In this document: positions 29,778-39,855 of the stretch, piece by piece
Numbering within the stretch: the stretch's first letter is position 1
Layout: every line of letters starts with the position of its first letter
DNA from: an uncultured delta proteobacterium
GTDB lineage: Bacteria > Desulfobacterota > Binatia > JACPRU01
DNA: 64,000 nt
Assembly (NCBI GenBank): GCA_963745025.1
Contig: CAVUWD010000016.1
Span: forward strand, 288,001 to 352,000
Direction of reading: 5' to 3'
Notes under the pieces: generated by a model
Told to the model about the DNA's origin: nothing
What the model saw: the letters and a program-made list of their open reading frames with translations, nothing else
Databases searched by the model: none
Made by a program: the position numbers and the translations under genes

Positions 29778-30890
29778 TCAATTCATGTACCCCTCGGCGG
29801 AGTCGAAAGTCTCCAAAATGTCTCCACGAGCGTCGGGAAGTGTTGGCGTGAGGAGTTCTCTTGCGAGATGTCCGGCGCCTTCGCTCTTCTGGTTCCGGTA
29901 CCAGTGCGCGTAGACGGTGCGCGTGACGCTCGCGTCCTTGTGGCCGAGGGCGTAGGCGACTTCGGTGTCTGGCTTACCGGCGGCGATCATTGAGCTTGCG
30001 GCGGTGTGTCTGAGGGCCTTGATATCACGCTTTGGGACTGAAGCCTTGGTCTGAGTCGCGTGGAGGTGGTCGAGGACGGTCTCGCGGCGCATGGGCTCGC
30101 CGGCCTGGTTCGGGAAGACGAGGCCGTGGGGGCTTTCGGGGCATTCGGCTTTCCAGAGCTTCAATTCGAGGACGAGCTCAGGGGGTAGCTTCACGTCGCG
30201 GATGCCGGCGCGGGTTTTGGGAGGCTTGAAGCTGAAGCGGGGCCGGTCGGCGCTTGCGATGCGCGGGTCCTTGGCGTTGGTGAGCGAGCGGCGAATGCGC
30301 ACGTAGGGGGTTTCGGCGTCGAGCATGAGGTCTTGCCACTGGAGCGCGAGCATCTCGGAATGCCGCGGGCCGAGGAGGGCTCCGACGAGGAAGAGGCACG
30401 GTATTTCCGGGAGTGCTCGGCGTCGAGGAGCCTTCGGAGCTCGGCGGTCGGGTAGATGTCCTCTTCGGTGACGACGGAATCGTCCTCATTGAGGTCGGCG
30501 GGGTTTTGGCGGAGGCGCTCGGCGAGCTCGAAGGGGTTGAGCCTCACGAACTGGCGGCGCATGGCGAAGTCGAAGACGGCGGTGCCTGTGGTGAGGACCT
30601 TGTTGACGGTTTTCGGGGCGAGTCCGGCGGCGTGGATCCGGTCGCGCAGCCGCTCGGCGGCAGCGACGTTGATTCGGTCGATGCGCGCGTCTCCGAGGAT
30701 CGGAATCAGGTATTTGTCGAGGTGAATGCGCCAGTAGAGGACGCTTCCGGCGGCGTGGGTGCGCTTTCCGGCGAGCCAATCCTCGCAGATTTCGGCGAAG
30801 CGGGGGAGGCGTCTCGAGTCGACGAAACCGCCGTTGTCGCTCTCGGTTTTCGCGTCGCGTTCGAAGCGTTCGGCCTGGGTGAAGCGGCAG
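29778..30890 (-). pseudogene. Tyrosine integrase, 5'-truncated and frameshifted near 30395
   Basis: Core-binding domain (LIPILGDARIDRIN...LAPKTVN...NP); GPRHSE after frame correction; KALRH, LGH, VYAH catalytic motifs. Confidence 0.9.
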
Positions 30891-31106
30891 GGGCGGTCAA
30901 AGCCTCTCATTGAGCGCATCGGGGGTGACGACCTCCATCGGAAGTCGGGCCGATGGTACAAGAAGGAGCGCGTCATCGATCAGGAGAAGGACCGCTATCG
31001 AGAGCGCATCACAGATCCTGAAACCGGTGAGGTGATCCGCGACGTGGACGAACCATTGACCGCGCATCGCGGGCACGACTCTGCTAAGAGGCCGAAGCCA
31101 AAGTGA
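30888..31106 (+). pseudogene. 5'-truncated small hypothetical protein
   Basis: KPLIERIGGDDLHRKSGRWYKKERVID...DPETGEVI...H.GH.SAK reads as a real protein C-terminus; its 5' end abuts the truncated integrase. Confidence 0.55.
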
Positions 31107-31191
31107 CAGGGAGCGTGAGCAGCCTGCTGCACGTCGCGAAATAAGCGGTGCCACCAGGTGCGCGGGAGATGAGAGGAGCGCGAACACTCCG

Positions 31192-32304
31192 ATGAGATTC
31201 GCTGTTGCCTTCCTGGCACTGCTCCTCGTGCTTCCCGCTTCATGCGAGCAGGCACCCGAACGCGCGCCTGATGCGGCGACCCGGGAGCGTCAGAGGCGAA
31301 TCGACGAAGCGTTTAAGCGAGCAGCCGACCCCGTACCGCAGGCAGAGCATGACTGGATAAACGAGTGGAAATACCTTCAGGGGGAGTGGCAGGCTGCGAA
31401 ATCGAATGAACTGGCTCGGCGCGATGTGGGGGCTCAGGCCAGACGCTTTTTCGAAAGGAAGCAGGAGATCGTGGGATGGGTGGGCACGGTAGACCGCGTC
31501 ACGATTGGGGCGACCGGCGCTGTCTGGGCCTACGCCAAGTACGCGGGGAGCACATTCGAGATTCGCATGTCGGATTCTGACGCAGGGGCGCCACCACCCG
31601 CCTTCGCAAGGCTCCAAAAGGGTGACGCGGTCCGGTTTAGCGGCAAGATAGGGATGGAAGGCTCGTGGACGATTAGCGGAGCGCTCGAAGAGCCGGAGAT
31701 GATTGTGGTGGCAACGCGGATAGCCTGGCCAGGCTATGAGGTCGTGGCAGCCGCTAGCGCCAGCCCTCTCGCGACAGCCCGGCCCGACGCGGCGGTGGCA
31801 GCCCAGGAACAGGAACAGCAGGCGAAGGTCACGGCATGGGAGAAGCGGACTGATGAGCTGCGAAAGGGCGTCAGCATAGAAAACCTCCGGCTCGTAAGAG
31901 CGAGAGACTCAAAGGGTGGCGAGAGCGTCGCTGTGCTCGGGCGGGCAGTTAACCACAACGGCGTGGCGCTTTCGGACCTCGCGATCCACTTGGCGCTGAG
32001 CGGGCCAGAGGGCACAACTGCCAATGTGGCGATTCTCAGAGACAAAGGCGACACGCTGGGCGCAGGCGACGCGGCCCGTCCAGGGGATCTAACTGGGTTG
32101 AAGCTAATACCTCGTCGCGAATACCGCGTACTCTATCTCCCACTCGCCGCTGCCAACGTATTGAAGGGTTACGGAATACTTGCGCTGGATCGGCTTGTTG
32201 AAGCTGCGAGGTATCTCGACATGGACCTCGGCCTCGTAACGGGACCGCTCGATGCCGTCGACGAAACTCCCGCCGCCGATGCGCTTGGCGAGCACGGATT
32301 TTAG
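31192..32304 (+). CDS. Putative lipoprotein with OB-fold-like and Ig-like domains; 3' end probably disrupted
   Basis: GAGGAG RBS, signal peptide ending ASC, WVGTV...LQKGDAVRFSG; last 200 nt overlap the convergent ORF. Confidence 0.6.
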   Translation: MRFAVAFLALLLVLPASCEQAPERAPDAATRERQRRIDEAFKRAADPVPQAEHDWINEWKYLQGEWQAAKSNELARRDVGAQARRFFERKQEIVGWVGTVDRVTIGATGAVWAYAKYAGSTFEIRMSDSDAGAPPPAFARLQKGDAVRFSGKIGMEGSWTISGALEEPEMIVVATRIAWPGYEVVAAASASPLATARPDAAVAAQEQEQQAKVTAWEKRTDELRKGVSIENLRLVRARDSKGGESVAVLGRAVNHNGVALSDLAIHLALSGPEGTTANVAILRDKGDTLGAGDAARPGDLTGLKLIPRREYRVLYLPLAAANVLKGYGILALDRLVEAARYLDMDLGLVTGPLDAVDETPAADALGEHGF

Positions 32305-34107
32305 AACCCTCGCGTTGGAATTTTCGTACCGCTGCACGGCAGCCTTTGCCCAAGCCGCAGCGGCATCTCGCGATGCAAGATCCGAAGCCCCTGTGGCCAC
32401 AGCGGTAACTGGTAACGTCGGTTCGCGAGCCATCGCCGCCATCGCCGTAGCGGCGGCAGTTGGCGATGTCGGTTCAGGCGCTCTCATCGCCGTTGCGGGT
32501 GGGGTGGGATTGGCCCGCGTGTTGATCCGGGTTTGGGCGATCAGTCGAAGAGTTCCCGCGGCCATGGAGAGAACTACGACCGCAGCGAGGAGTCGCGGGA
32601 ATCCCTGCCGACGGCCCGAAGCCATGGCAGGATAGAAAACACGTGGTGTGGCCGCGAAACGAGCCGCTCGACGTCTAAACGCCTCCAACCACTCGGTCGG
32701 GTTCCACATCATGTGCATGACCACTTCAGGCTCAGGGGCAGACGGTGAGACGACGACTTTCCCTTCGACCTCGTTCGCCATCCCTTTTCCTTCGCTACCC
32801 GGTTGGAAGGAATCGTCTCGTGCCGATCTTGTGGCGAGCCGAGGAAGCTTGTTCGCTCCCAGCGCGCGTCTCGGAGGAGAGTGGGAAACTCTCAGCTCCT
32901 TGAGGCCACCACTCCCTGGGAGCGGAGAATGGCCTACCAGAACGATCTTGGCGGTCGCGAACAGCACCCACAGATCGCGCCGCAGCGACGGTCGCGCGAT
33001 CGCACAGAGGTCGTAGCGCATCTTCTCGATCTCGCCAGGAAGATCGTGCGCGTAGCCTTGTCGGACCTGCGCCCACCCGGTGAGGCCGGGCCGGACCAGG
33101 GAACGGAGGGAGTAGTAAGGGATGGAGCGAGCGAACAGTTCGTAGTTCGAGACCGGGTGCGGACGGGGACCGACGAGGTCCATGTCCCCGCGCAGGATGT
33201 TCCAGAGCTGGGGCAGCTCATCGAGGTGGAGCTTTCGAAGCCACCGGCCGAGTGGAGTGATGCGATTTACGTTGTCCCGCTCCCATTCCGAGGAGGTGGC
33301 CTTCTCGCTGCCCATGGAGCGGAACTTCAGCAGCCTGAAAGGCCGACCGTGCAGCCCCACACGCTCCTGGACGAACAGCACGGGACCTCTGTCGGCCATG
33401 TAGATGGACAAAGCGATGAGCGCCATCACCGGGAGAGCCGGCAGCAGCGCCACGGCGGCCACGACGGCGCTCACGCACCGCTTCATCGTACCGTAGAGAC
33501 GGTTGCTCAGACACGCATGCGAGACCAGCAGATGCAACGAAGTTCTCTCATCGAAGAAGATCTTGCCGGTCAGCCGCTCATAGGCTTCGTGCCCGGTCTC
33601 CACCGGAACGCCCCCGATCTGTTGCGCGAAGAGCTCGCACATGGGTAGCTCCTCGAGAGGCGAGCGAAGGCAGACGACGATCCGTACGGGTCTCGTCTCT
33701 GCGATAACCTTGGAGACTCTCGAAATCGTACGCAGCGGCTGTCCTGGATTTCCGTCTCCGTCGCTCTCGGTGAAGCGGATGGCCGTGTAGCCGCTACGCT
33801 CGAGTTCCCACGTCGCCGCCCGCGCCACCGCGCTCGTTCCGAAGACCAGGACGTTCCGACTGGAAGACGTTCGCGCACCCGAAAAAATCGAACGAACACG
33901 CCATCGCCGCGAGAACGCGTCGCGACGCGTGAAAAAGTAGAACGCCTTCGCAAGAACTCTACGGTGGATAAAGGTCGCCACTTTGCGATTCGCTGGTCCG
34001 TTCGGGGCCTGCTCGACCAGTAGTCCTCGCGCTCGAGAGGAGGCTCGCAACGCTTGCATGGGGGCGCGGACGCGCCGTTCCGCCTTCCGTCCGGCGAGGC
34101 GTATCAC
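32104..34107 (-). CDS. Priming glycosylphosphotransferase (WcaJ/EpsL-like) in frame with a second membrane protein that has its own start at 32781
   Basis: MKR..S, GPVLFVQERVGLHG..F.LLKFRSM, DELPQLWNILRGDMDLVGPRP, RPGLTGWAQV; GAAGGAAAAGGG-ATG at 32781; true 5' start uncertain. Confidence 0.8.
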   Translation of the reverse strand: MIRLAGRKAERRVRAPMQALRASSRARGLLVEQAPNGPANRKVATFIHRRVLAKAFYFFTRRDAFSRRWRVRSIFSGARTSSSRNVLVFGTSAVARAATWELERSGYTAIRFTESDGDGNPGQPLRTISRVSKVIAETRPVRIVVCLRSPLEELPMCELFAQQIGGVPVETGHEAYERLTGKIFFDERTSLHLLVSHACLSNRLYGTMKRCVSAVVAAVALLPALPVMALIALSIYMADRGPVLFVQERVGLHGRPFRLLKFRSMGSEKATSSEWERDNVNRITPLGRWLRKLHLDELPQLWNILRGDMDLVGPRPHPVSNYELFARSIPYYSLRSLVRPGLTGWAQVRQGYAHDLPGEIEKMRYDLCAIARPSLRRDLWVLFATAKIVLVGHSPLPGSGGLKELRVSHSPPRRALGANKLPRLATRSARDDSFQPGSEGKGMANEVEGKVVVSPSAPEPEVVMHMMWNPTEWLEAFRRRAARFAATPRVFYPAMASGRRQGFPRLLAAVVVLSMAAGTLRLIAQTRINTRANPTPPATAMRAPEPTSPTAAATAMAAMAREPTLPVTAVATGASDLASRDAAAAWAKAAVQRYENSNARVLKSVLAKRIGGGSFVDGIERSRYEAEVHVEIPRSFNKPIQRKYSVTLQYVGSGEWEIEYAVFATRY

Positions 34108-34137
34108 AGTGCGCGGCGATTTCGCAAACGCCGTTTC

Positions 34138-34371
34138 TTAGCAGCTCGGGTCGCCTTTGCGGCGGCGCTGCGAGGGTGCGCTCCTCACGGGCGACGCCGC
34201 CCTCCAGTGACTCCACATAGTGAGCGCGATGATGATCGCAAGGCCGAGGTAGAGCACGAGCTGCGCGGCGATCATGCGATCGGGATGCCAGGCGGGTAGC
34301 TCGAAGAGGCGAGCGAGATCGAGTGCGCGTCCGATTCTATCGAGGAGCCTTCGAGGCATTCGGCGACTCAT
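34138..34371 (-). CDS. Small single-TM hypothetical protein
   Basis: AAGG before ATG; hydrophobic segment LVLYLGLAIIIALTMW. Confidence 0.4.
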   Translation of the reverse strand: MSRRMPRRLLDRIGRALDLARLFELPAWHPDRMIAAQLVLYLGLAIIIALTMWSHWRAASPVRSAPSQRRRKGDPSC

Positions 34372-34984
34372 ACCTTACCGTTGGCGTGGAGGAAGTCGAG
34401 CCGTCCAGCACGCGGTGCCGATCTGCGTTCAGGGTGATCTGCGGCAACACCTTGGACACGGCTGCGGATGTACGCGCGGTACGTTCTGGGAGTGCCTATT
34501 AAGCTCCAGCCATGTCTATCGCCGGAAGGCCGCCTCGACCGCGCCGTCGGCACCGGCAAGCCGCCTGAGAGCGGTGAGACCCGACGACCCCGCGCCGATC
34601 TGGTTGTTGGCGCTCCCCGTCGTGGCCGCCGGGCTATTCTGCCACGCGGAATGTTGGTCTTCTCGCAGCACCATCGTGCTCGCGCACGGTGTTGTCGCCG
34701 GATCGCCGGCGATGGCCCGGGCTGCTCAGCCGTGGATCGCGAACGGCCGCATTGGGCGCCTGAGCTTCGACGGCATCTGCTTCGCGCTCGGATGGTCAGC
34801 GCGGGACGTCCGGGACGCCGTACTCCATCGACGTCGTGAACGCAGGCGCGCCGCATGACATGAGAGGTTGCCGATCCAGCGGGAGTCCAGGCCCGCTGGA
34901 CCGGGCGGAACCAGGAACACACCGGAGGAGGATCCGATGTCGAGACGAACATTACCAACCCGAAGGGAGAATCGCCAACTCAGC

Positions 34985-35390
34985 CTGACCCGTCGCCGGG
35001 CGAAGACGTTCTCGTCTTGGCCAACGCCCTGTTGCAAAGGTACTCCACCGAGACCGGAAGAAAGATTACCGGCTTTGATCGATCGGCGCTTGAGGCCCTG
35101 AGGACCTACGGATGGCCGGGGAACGTTCGCGAGCTCGAAAACCGGGTCAAACGAGCGGTGATCATGGCGGAACGAAGAAGAGAGTGGCTCCGGCCGACCT
35201 CGAGCTCGACTCGCCGTTCGAGAAGTATCAAGGGAAGCGGCTTCGCGAGGCTCGCGAGGCTCTCGAAAGAGAGATCATCGAGAAAGCGCTTGCGAAGCAC
35301 GGCGGCAACATCACTCACGCCGCGACCGAGTTGGGAATAAGCCGCCCCACGCTGCATGACCTGATCAACAAATATTCCATCGTGATTTAG
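34985..35390 (+). pseudogene. C-terminal remnant of a sigma54-dependent activator (PrsR/NtrC-like)
   Basis: WPGNVRELENRVKRAVIMAE, frameshift, then Fis-HTH GGNITHAATELGISRPTLHDLINKY; no receiver or GAFTGA region. Confidence 0.85.
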
Positions 35391-35422
35391 AGAATGGCGA
35401 CCCGAGCACTTCTGTGCCGAGC

Positions 35423-35643
35423 TGTCGATAATCCTTACAATTCGACATACGTTTCCGAACTTTAGGATCAAGACAAACGTTTTCGCGCCGTTGCGATTTT
35501 GCTCATCTCGGCCAAAGCCCCGTAGGCCCTCGGATCGTCGGAAATCTTTACGGTTACGCTCATTCGTACGGGATGATCAATCACGAAAACGTGGGATATT
35601 TCCATCATTTCTCGTCCTCGGCTCGACCTGGACCAATTCTTGG
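35423..35643 (+). promoter_or_regulatory. Candidate PEP-CTERM enhancer boxes and degenerate sigma54 promoter
   Basis: TGTCGATAATCCTTACA at 35423, GTCGGAAATCTTTACG at 35537, TGGACCAATTCTTGG (GG-N10-GG) at 35629. Confidence 0.45.
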
Positions 35644-35681
35644 AGGAGAACTCGGGTATGATGTCTTCTTAGGAGCGAGGA

Positions 35682-36413
35682 ATGAGACTAGTCAAATTTG
35701 TTTCGGCAGGAGCATTCGCGCTGACAATGGCCTTAGGGCTGTCTACGGCCCAGGCCACCGCGATCACCTTCACCGCGAGCGGCACCGGTTCGGACGGGGC
35801 GCTGTCCGCGAGTGCCCTATTCACGACAACTGCCGGCGAGGTCGACGTGACTCTGACGAACCTTCTGGGCGCGAACGTGATCCGGAGCGCCGGGCAGGCA
35901 CTGAGCGACATCACGTTTACCCTGAGCAATACCGCAGGGACGCTCGGTACGACGTCGGCTTCCGGGCAGCTCGGCAACATCTCGGGTATTGTTCCACCTG
36001 GCGGAGGCACGGTGACCTATACGTCCGGCGACCCCACACGCTGGCTGGGTGCTGGGGGCCAGGGTGACTTTAGCGTCGTTGGAGACACCGTTACGCTTGA
36101 GGCGATCGGCGGCGGGAAGCCGAGCCAAATGATCATCCCATTCCAAGTGGATGGAGGCGCGTACTCGAACGTGAACCCCGGGTTCGACAACTTCAACCCC
36201 TACACGATCGGCCCGGCCACCTTCAGTCTCCACCTCTCGGGCGTAACGGCGGCCACGACCATCACGTCGGCGACCTTCTCGTTCGGGACCGGGCCTGACA
36301 CTTTCTTGAGCGGTACGCCTGGGGGAGTGGCGCCCGAGCCAGGGTCGGTATTTCTCCTTGGGTCAGGTTTAGCGGCACTTGGGTTGTTCCGCTGGCGTCG
36401 TCATAGCCCCTGA
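35682..36413 (+). CDS. PEP-CTERM sorting-domain surface protein
   Basis: Signal peptide ending AQA, Gly/Ser/Thr-rich body, C-terminal APEPGSVFLLGSGLAALGLFRWRR. Confidence 0.95.
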   Translation: MRLVKFVSAGAFALTMALGLSTAQATAITFTASGTGSDGALSASALFTTTAGEVDVTLTNLLGANVIRSAGQALSDITFTLSNTAGTLGTTSASGQLGNISGIVPPGGGTVTYTSGDPTRWLGAGGQGDFSVVGDTVTLEAIGGGKPSQMIIPFQVDGGAYSNVNPGFDNFNPYTIGPATFSLHLSGVTAATTITSATFSFGTGPDTFLSGTPGGVAPEPGSVFLLGSGLAALGLFRWRRHSP

Positions 36414-36427
36414 AGAGATTGACAAGC

Positions 36428-36848
36428 CTAGCTTGAAGGGGTCACCCGCAGTGCGGGTGACCCCTTTTTCTCTCCGACTTCTTCGACGCTCCTGGACAGC
36501 GCGTCGCACTTGCTCCTCGAGGACGGTCGGGCTCCACGAGCCGTCGGCGTCAGCGCAGGTGGAGCAGACGCCCAGGCGCTGGAAGAAGCCCTCCGCCCTG
36601 GCGGCCTGGACAGGACGGTCCGCGGGGGGTGCGACTTTGGCGAGCTCACGTACCTCGCCGATTCCCTGCATCAGCTTCGCCACGTACTCCGCCGTGATTG
36701 CGAAGTTGAGGTTCTGTCCCGTCTTCAACGACGACGTCGCCACGCGATGACACGTGCGTTCGCGTCGAGCACCGGCCCGCCGCTGCTCCCAGCGGAAATC
36801 GGGGCGGTGATCTGCAAAAGCAACGTGGTTCTTGCCGCTCCTCCGCAT
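36428..36848 (-). pseudogene. Remnant of a trypsin-like (S1C) serine protease
   Basis: LQITAPISAGSSGGPVLDANARVI, 1-nt deletion near 36745, then VATSSLKTGQNLNFAI. Confidence 0.75.
36436..36469 (+). terminator. Rho-independent terminator
   Basis: AAGGGGTCACCCGCA-G-TGCGGGTGACCCCTT then TTT. Confidence 0.85.
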
Positions 36849-36947
36849 TGGTTCAGGAGTTCGTCAGGATTTGCGCCAGCTCGGAGGCTGCGTCACGAAT
36901 CGCTTCCGTTGGTCGCGATCCCCGCTCCGGCCGCGCCAACTGCCGAG

Positions 36948-37241
36948 CTAGTCTCGGCGGGAAGTGGTGCCCATCTCCTGCAAATGCCGCCTCAGCGTCT
37001 GAAGCGCCTCGAGGACTACCCGATCGTGAAAGCCGGGGTGCGAGAACGCCGCCTGTAGACCTTCCAGCGCCTCGATCAGCGGCTGGATGCGTGCCCGTGG
37101 ATCCGGATCGATCCGATCGCGAACCGCGTTGGCGAGCAATCGGGCGTAGTCGGGCTTCAAGCGCCCGCCCGCCGGATAGTCTTCGTCCTTTATGCCGAAG
37201 TCCAGCTCGCCGAGCCGCTCTGCGATCCGATCGGCCACCAC
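36948..37241 (-). CDS. Hypothetical protein
   Basis: Protein-like composition only; no recognised motif. Confidence 0.35.
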   Translation of the reverse strand: MVADRIAERLGELDFGIKDEDYPAGGRLKPDYARLLANAVRDRIDPDPRARIQPLIEALEGLQAAFSHPGFHDRVVLEALQTLRRHLQEMGTTSRRD

Positions 37242-37619
37242 CGCTGGATCCTCGGTCTCAGCTCGAAAACCTCAGTTCCCGGTTGGAGTAGAAGAGGATC
37301 GTCCTGAAGCTCGTTTGGTATTGTTGGGTTAGGAGACTCAACGAATGCCGAACGGAGGGACAGGACGATGGCGCTCGAACCAACAACCGCGCTACTTTCG
37401 CCTCGCATCCTTCAATGAAATCGTTTGCCGTTCTGAAAACGATTTCACCCCCCGGCGCCCGGGGCTTTCCCTTATCGAAACGTGCTCAGTCCACCAGTCA
37501 ATAAACAGTTCCTGATCGACGACCTTCTGCTCGACAGCCTTTTCGAGTAGCGGCCAATCCTAGCGGCCTCTCGTCTCGGTCTGTCGGGTTCCGTCGACTG
37601 CTGTTGCCTTCCGTTGTCG

Positions 37620-39017
37620 TCAAACCGCCATCCAGAGCCGCCGAGGCTTCGCGACCACCGCCGCCGCAAGGCAGAGAGCGTTCGCCGCGTCGTCCCGGCC
37701 CCCGTGGGGGTGATCCACCATCGTCCGGCCCCCGGATCGCGCCCGGCGCTCGAGCTGCTTCAACTCCCGCGCCTGCTCCGAATGATCGAGTATGTCGATC
37801 CGCCCCGATGCGAAGAAGGGCTCCGCTTCGAGAAACGCCTCGCTCTTCGTCTTGGGCGCGTCCTCGTACTTCACCTTCTCGGCCTCGAATCTCTGGCGCG
37901 TCCAGCCCGCCCCGTAGCGGTCCGCGTACACACAGCGTAGCCAGTACCGCTGAAGAATTTGCGCCATCTCGTGAACCATCGCCTCGAGATCGAGGTCCCG
38001 GCCGCGGCCCCCGTAGACCTTCAGAAGATCCTGGACGATCCGCATCTCCGCGCCCTTGCCCTCCGCGTGAACGATCGAGATGGCACTGCGCTCCCGGCCG
38101 CCGCCGGCGAGATCGACCGCCGCGGTGTACACGCAGCCAGGAACCGGCGGCAATTCGTGCCGGCCCCGGACGATCGCATCATCCACCCACACGCCCGGCA
38201 GGAACGCCTCGAGGTCGTCGACGAACTCGGCTTCGTACTCCCGCGCGAACCGCGACGGATCGAGCCGCCGCTCCCGCTCTAGACGGCTCTGGCGGATCGA
38301 AGGATTCATCACGATCGAGGGCGCCCGCCATACCAGCACGTCGGGCGAGTCGACGCCGAAATGGTTCTTGAAGTCGTCGTAAAGAACCCCGCCCTTCATG
38401 TACGGTGTCGAGATCTTCACGACCTTCGTCCGGTCGAAGGCGATCATGCCCCGGCGGATTGATGCCTGAACTTCGACGTCGCTGTCCGAAGATCCCTCGA
38501 GGCGATAGAAGCCGGCCTCGTCCATCACCCCGCACGGGATCGACCAGCCCCTAAGGCTTCGCTGCGTGCACGGGAAGCAACTGATCGTGATGCCGTTCGT
38601 GAGCTCGATCTCCGAGGCCCGCACCTCGGCCACGAGCGCGCGCAAGACGTCCGACCCCGTCAGGTAGTCCCGAACGAAGCCGAAGGCGATCTTCGCCGCC
38701 CGCGCATCCTGCGCAACGCACGGAATGACCGCCCGCTCGCCTCGCTGGAGCTCCTTCTCGTGGCCGCCGTACGTAGCCTCGTAACAGACGATCGGCGCCG
38801 CGATGCGGCTGTCCTTGCCGGACCGCGCTCCGGCAATCACCGTCGCCTCCGGGAAGGGATGCCCCGGATACGTCTCCCGGCCCGTGCAGAGCCGCCAGAG
38901 CTCCATCTGCTCCGAAGTGAGGGGTAGACCCTCGATCGAACGGAGAAGCGTCTCCTGGGCGTCGCTGAGCGTGAGGCCGAGCAGACGCGAATCGGTCGTG
39001 AACTCGACCAGGTTCAC
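37620..39017 (-). CDS. Phage terminase large subunit
   Basis: Walker A AGARSGKD, Walker B GVMDEAGF, coupling motif ISTP, nuclease acidic motifs AVDLAGG, ADRY, DHP.G.RDDAANA. Confidence 0.85.
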   Translation of the reverse strand: MNLVEFTTDSRLLGLTLSDAQETLLRSIEGLPLTSEQMELWRLCTGRETYPGHPFPEATVIAGARSGKDSRIAAPIVCYEATYGGHEKELQRGERAVIPCVAQDARAAKIAFGFVRDYLTGSDVLRALVAEVRASEIELTNGITISCFPCTQRSLRGWSIPCGVMDEAGFYRLEGSSDSDVEVQASIRRGMIAFDRTKVVKISTPYMKGGVLYDDFKNHFGVDSPDVLVWRAPSIVMNPSIRQSRLERERRLDPSRFAREYEAEFVDDLEAFLPGVWVDDAIVRGRHELPPVPGCVYTAAVDLAGGGRERSAISIVHAEGKGAEMRIVQDLLKVYGGRGRDLDLEAMVHEMAQILQRYWLRCVYADRYGAGWTRQRFEAEKVKYEDAPKTKSEAFLEAEPFFASGRIDILDHSEQARELKQLERRARSGGRTMVDHPHGGRDDAANALCLAAAVVAKPRRLWMAV

Positions 39018-39658
39018 GACGGGCTCTCGTCGGGTTTCGTCGTTTCCTTCGTTTCTTCCGTCACCCCGGTAGACTCAACGGAGTCGGGTTTCCGCGTTTC
39101 AGGCGTTTTCCGCGTCACTGCGGTAGACTCCGAATGGCCATTGTCCTTCGTGGCGTACTCGGCCGCGATGTCCCCGAGGGTCAGTGCCTGCTTCGTGCGC
39201 CTCTCGAGCCCGAGGGCTTGAAGCAGCCGAGCCCGAGTCTCCACCAGCGCGGTACGTTCTTTGACTACCGGGATCAGCGTCCGCTTCCGCTTGATGACAA
39301 TGGTGTCCAGGGTGAGGAGCCAGCCGTCTACCGAGTCGATCCAGAGCGTCAGCCGCGCCACGTCATCGATGAGGATCTGCTGCGCCTGAGAGAGCCGCTC
39401 CTTCCCGCCGAGGTCGGCTGTGATCGCATCGCGTAGGTTGCGCAGCGTCAGCGCGAGCTTCGTGCGTCCGTCGATCGCACGGGTACCTATCTTGCGAACC
39501 TTCTCCTTGAGGAGCGTCAGGCCGTGCTTCTGGCTGTTCTGATTGCCCGGCGGCCCGCTCCGGCCAGGTTTGCCACCTGCCTTAGGACGCTTGGCAACGT
39601 CCGGCCCGGATGGAGACTCGATGGAGACCTCCTCGGTTATCGCCTTGGAATCGTTCAC
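39014..39658 (-). CDS. Putative terminase small subunit
   Basis: GPPGNQNSQKHG motif, helical core ending LLQALGL; GTGA overlap with the TerL start. Confidence 0.65.
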   Translation of the reverse strand: MNDSKAITEEVSIESPSGPDVAKRPKAGGKPGRSGPPGNQNSQKHGLTLLKEKVRKIGTRAIDGRTKLALTLRNLRDAITADLGGKERLSQAQQILIDDVARLTLWIDSVDGWLLTLDTIVIKRKRTLIPVVKERTALVETRARLLQALGLERRTKQALTLGDIAAEYATKDNGHSESTAVTRKTPETRKPDSVESTGVTEETKETTKPDESPS

Positions 39659-39855
39659 GTTCTCTCTGACGTGCAAGAGGCTTTATCTTGTGGGGTAGGG
39701 ACCTCCGACCATTCGTTTCTGACTGGCCGATCCGCTTGCCATTGAAGACGGCGGCCGAGCGGCTCGATGGTTGGAGATAGGGAATCCACCGAATTGCGAT
39801 CGACAAAGGGCTGCGGCGCGAGGTAAGCGGTCGCTAAGCGAAGGAGGACTCCGCG

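Noticed and set aside
30380-30410. Programmed frameshift in the integrase
   Set aside because: No slippery heptamer, and the gene is also 5'-truncated
34274-34858. ORF ending SFDGICFALGWSARDVRDAV, reminiscent of a small conserved hypothetical family
   Set aside because: Only the tail looks familiar and the start cannot be defined
39020-39135. Two imperfect 18-aa repeats in the TerS-like C-terminus (ESTAVTRKTPETRKPDSV / ESTGVTEETKETTKPDES)
   Set aside because: Simple local duplication in a disordered tail
39685-39697. 13-mer ATCTTGTGGGGTA matching the tRNA/att core, with a similar GGGGTAGGGA at about 40291 flanking ridA
   Set aside because: Too short and G-rich to separate from chance; no further alignment
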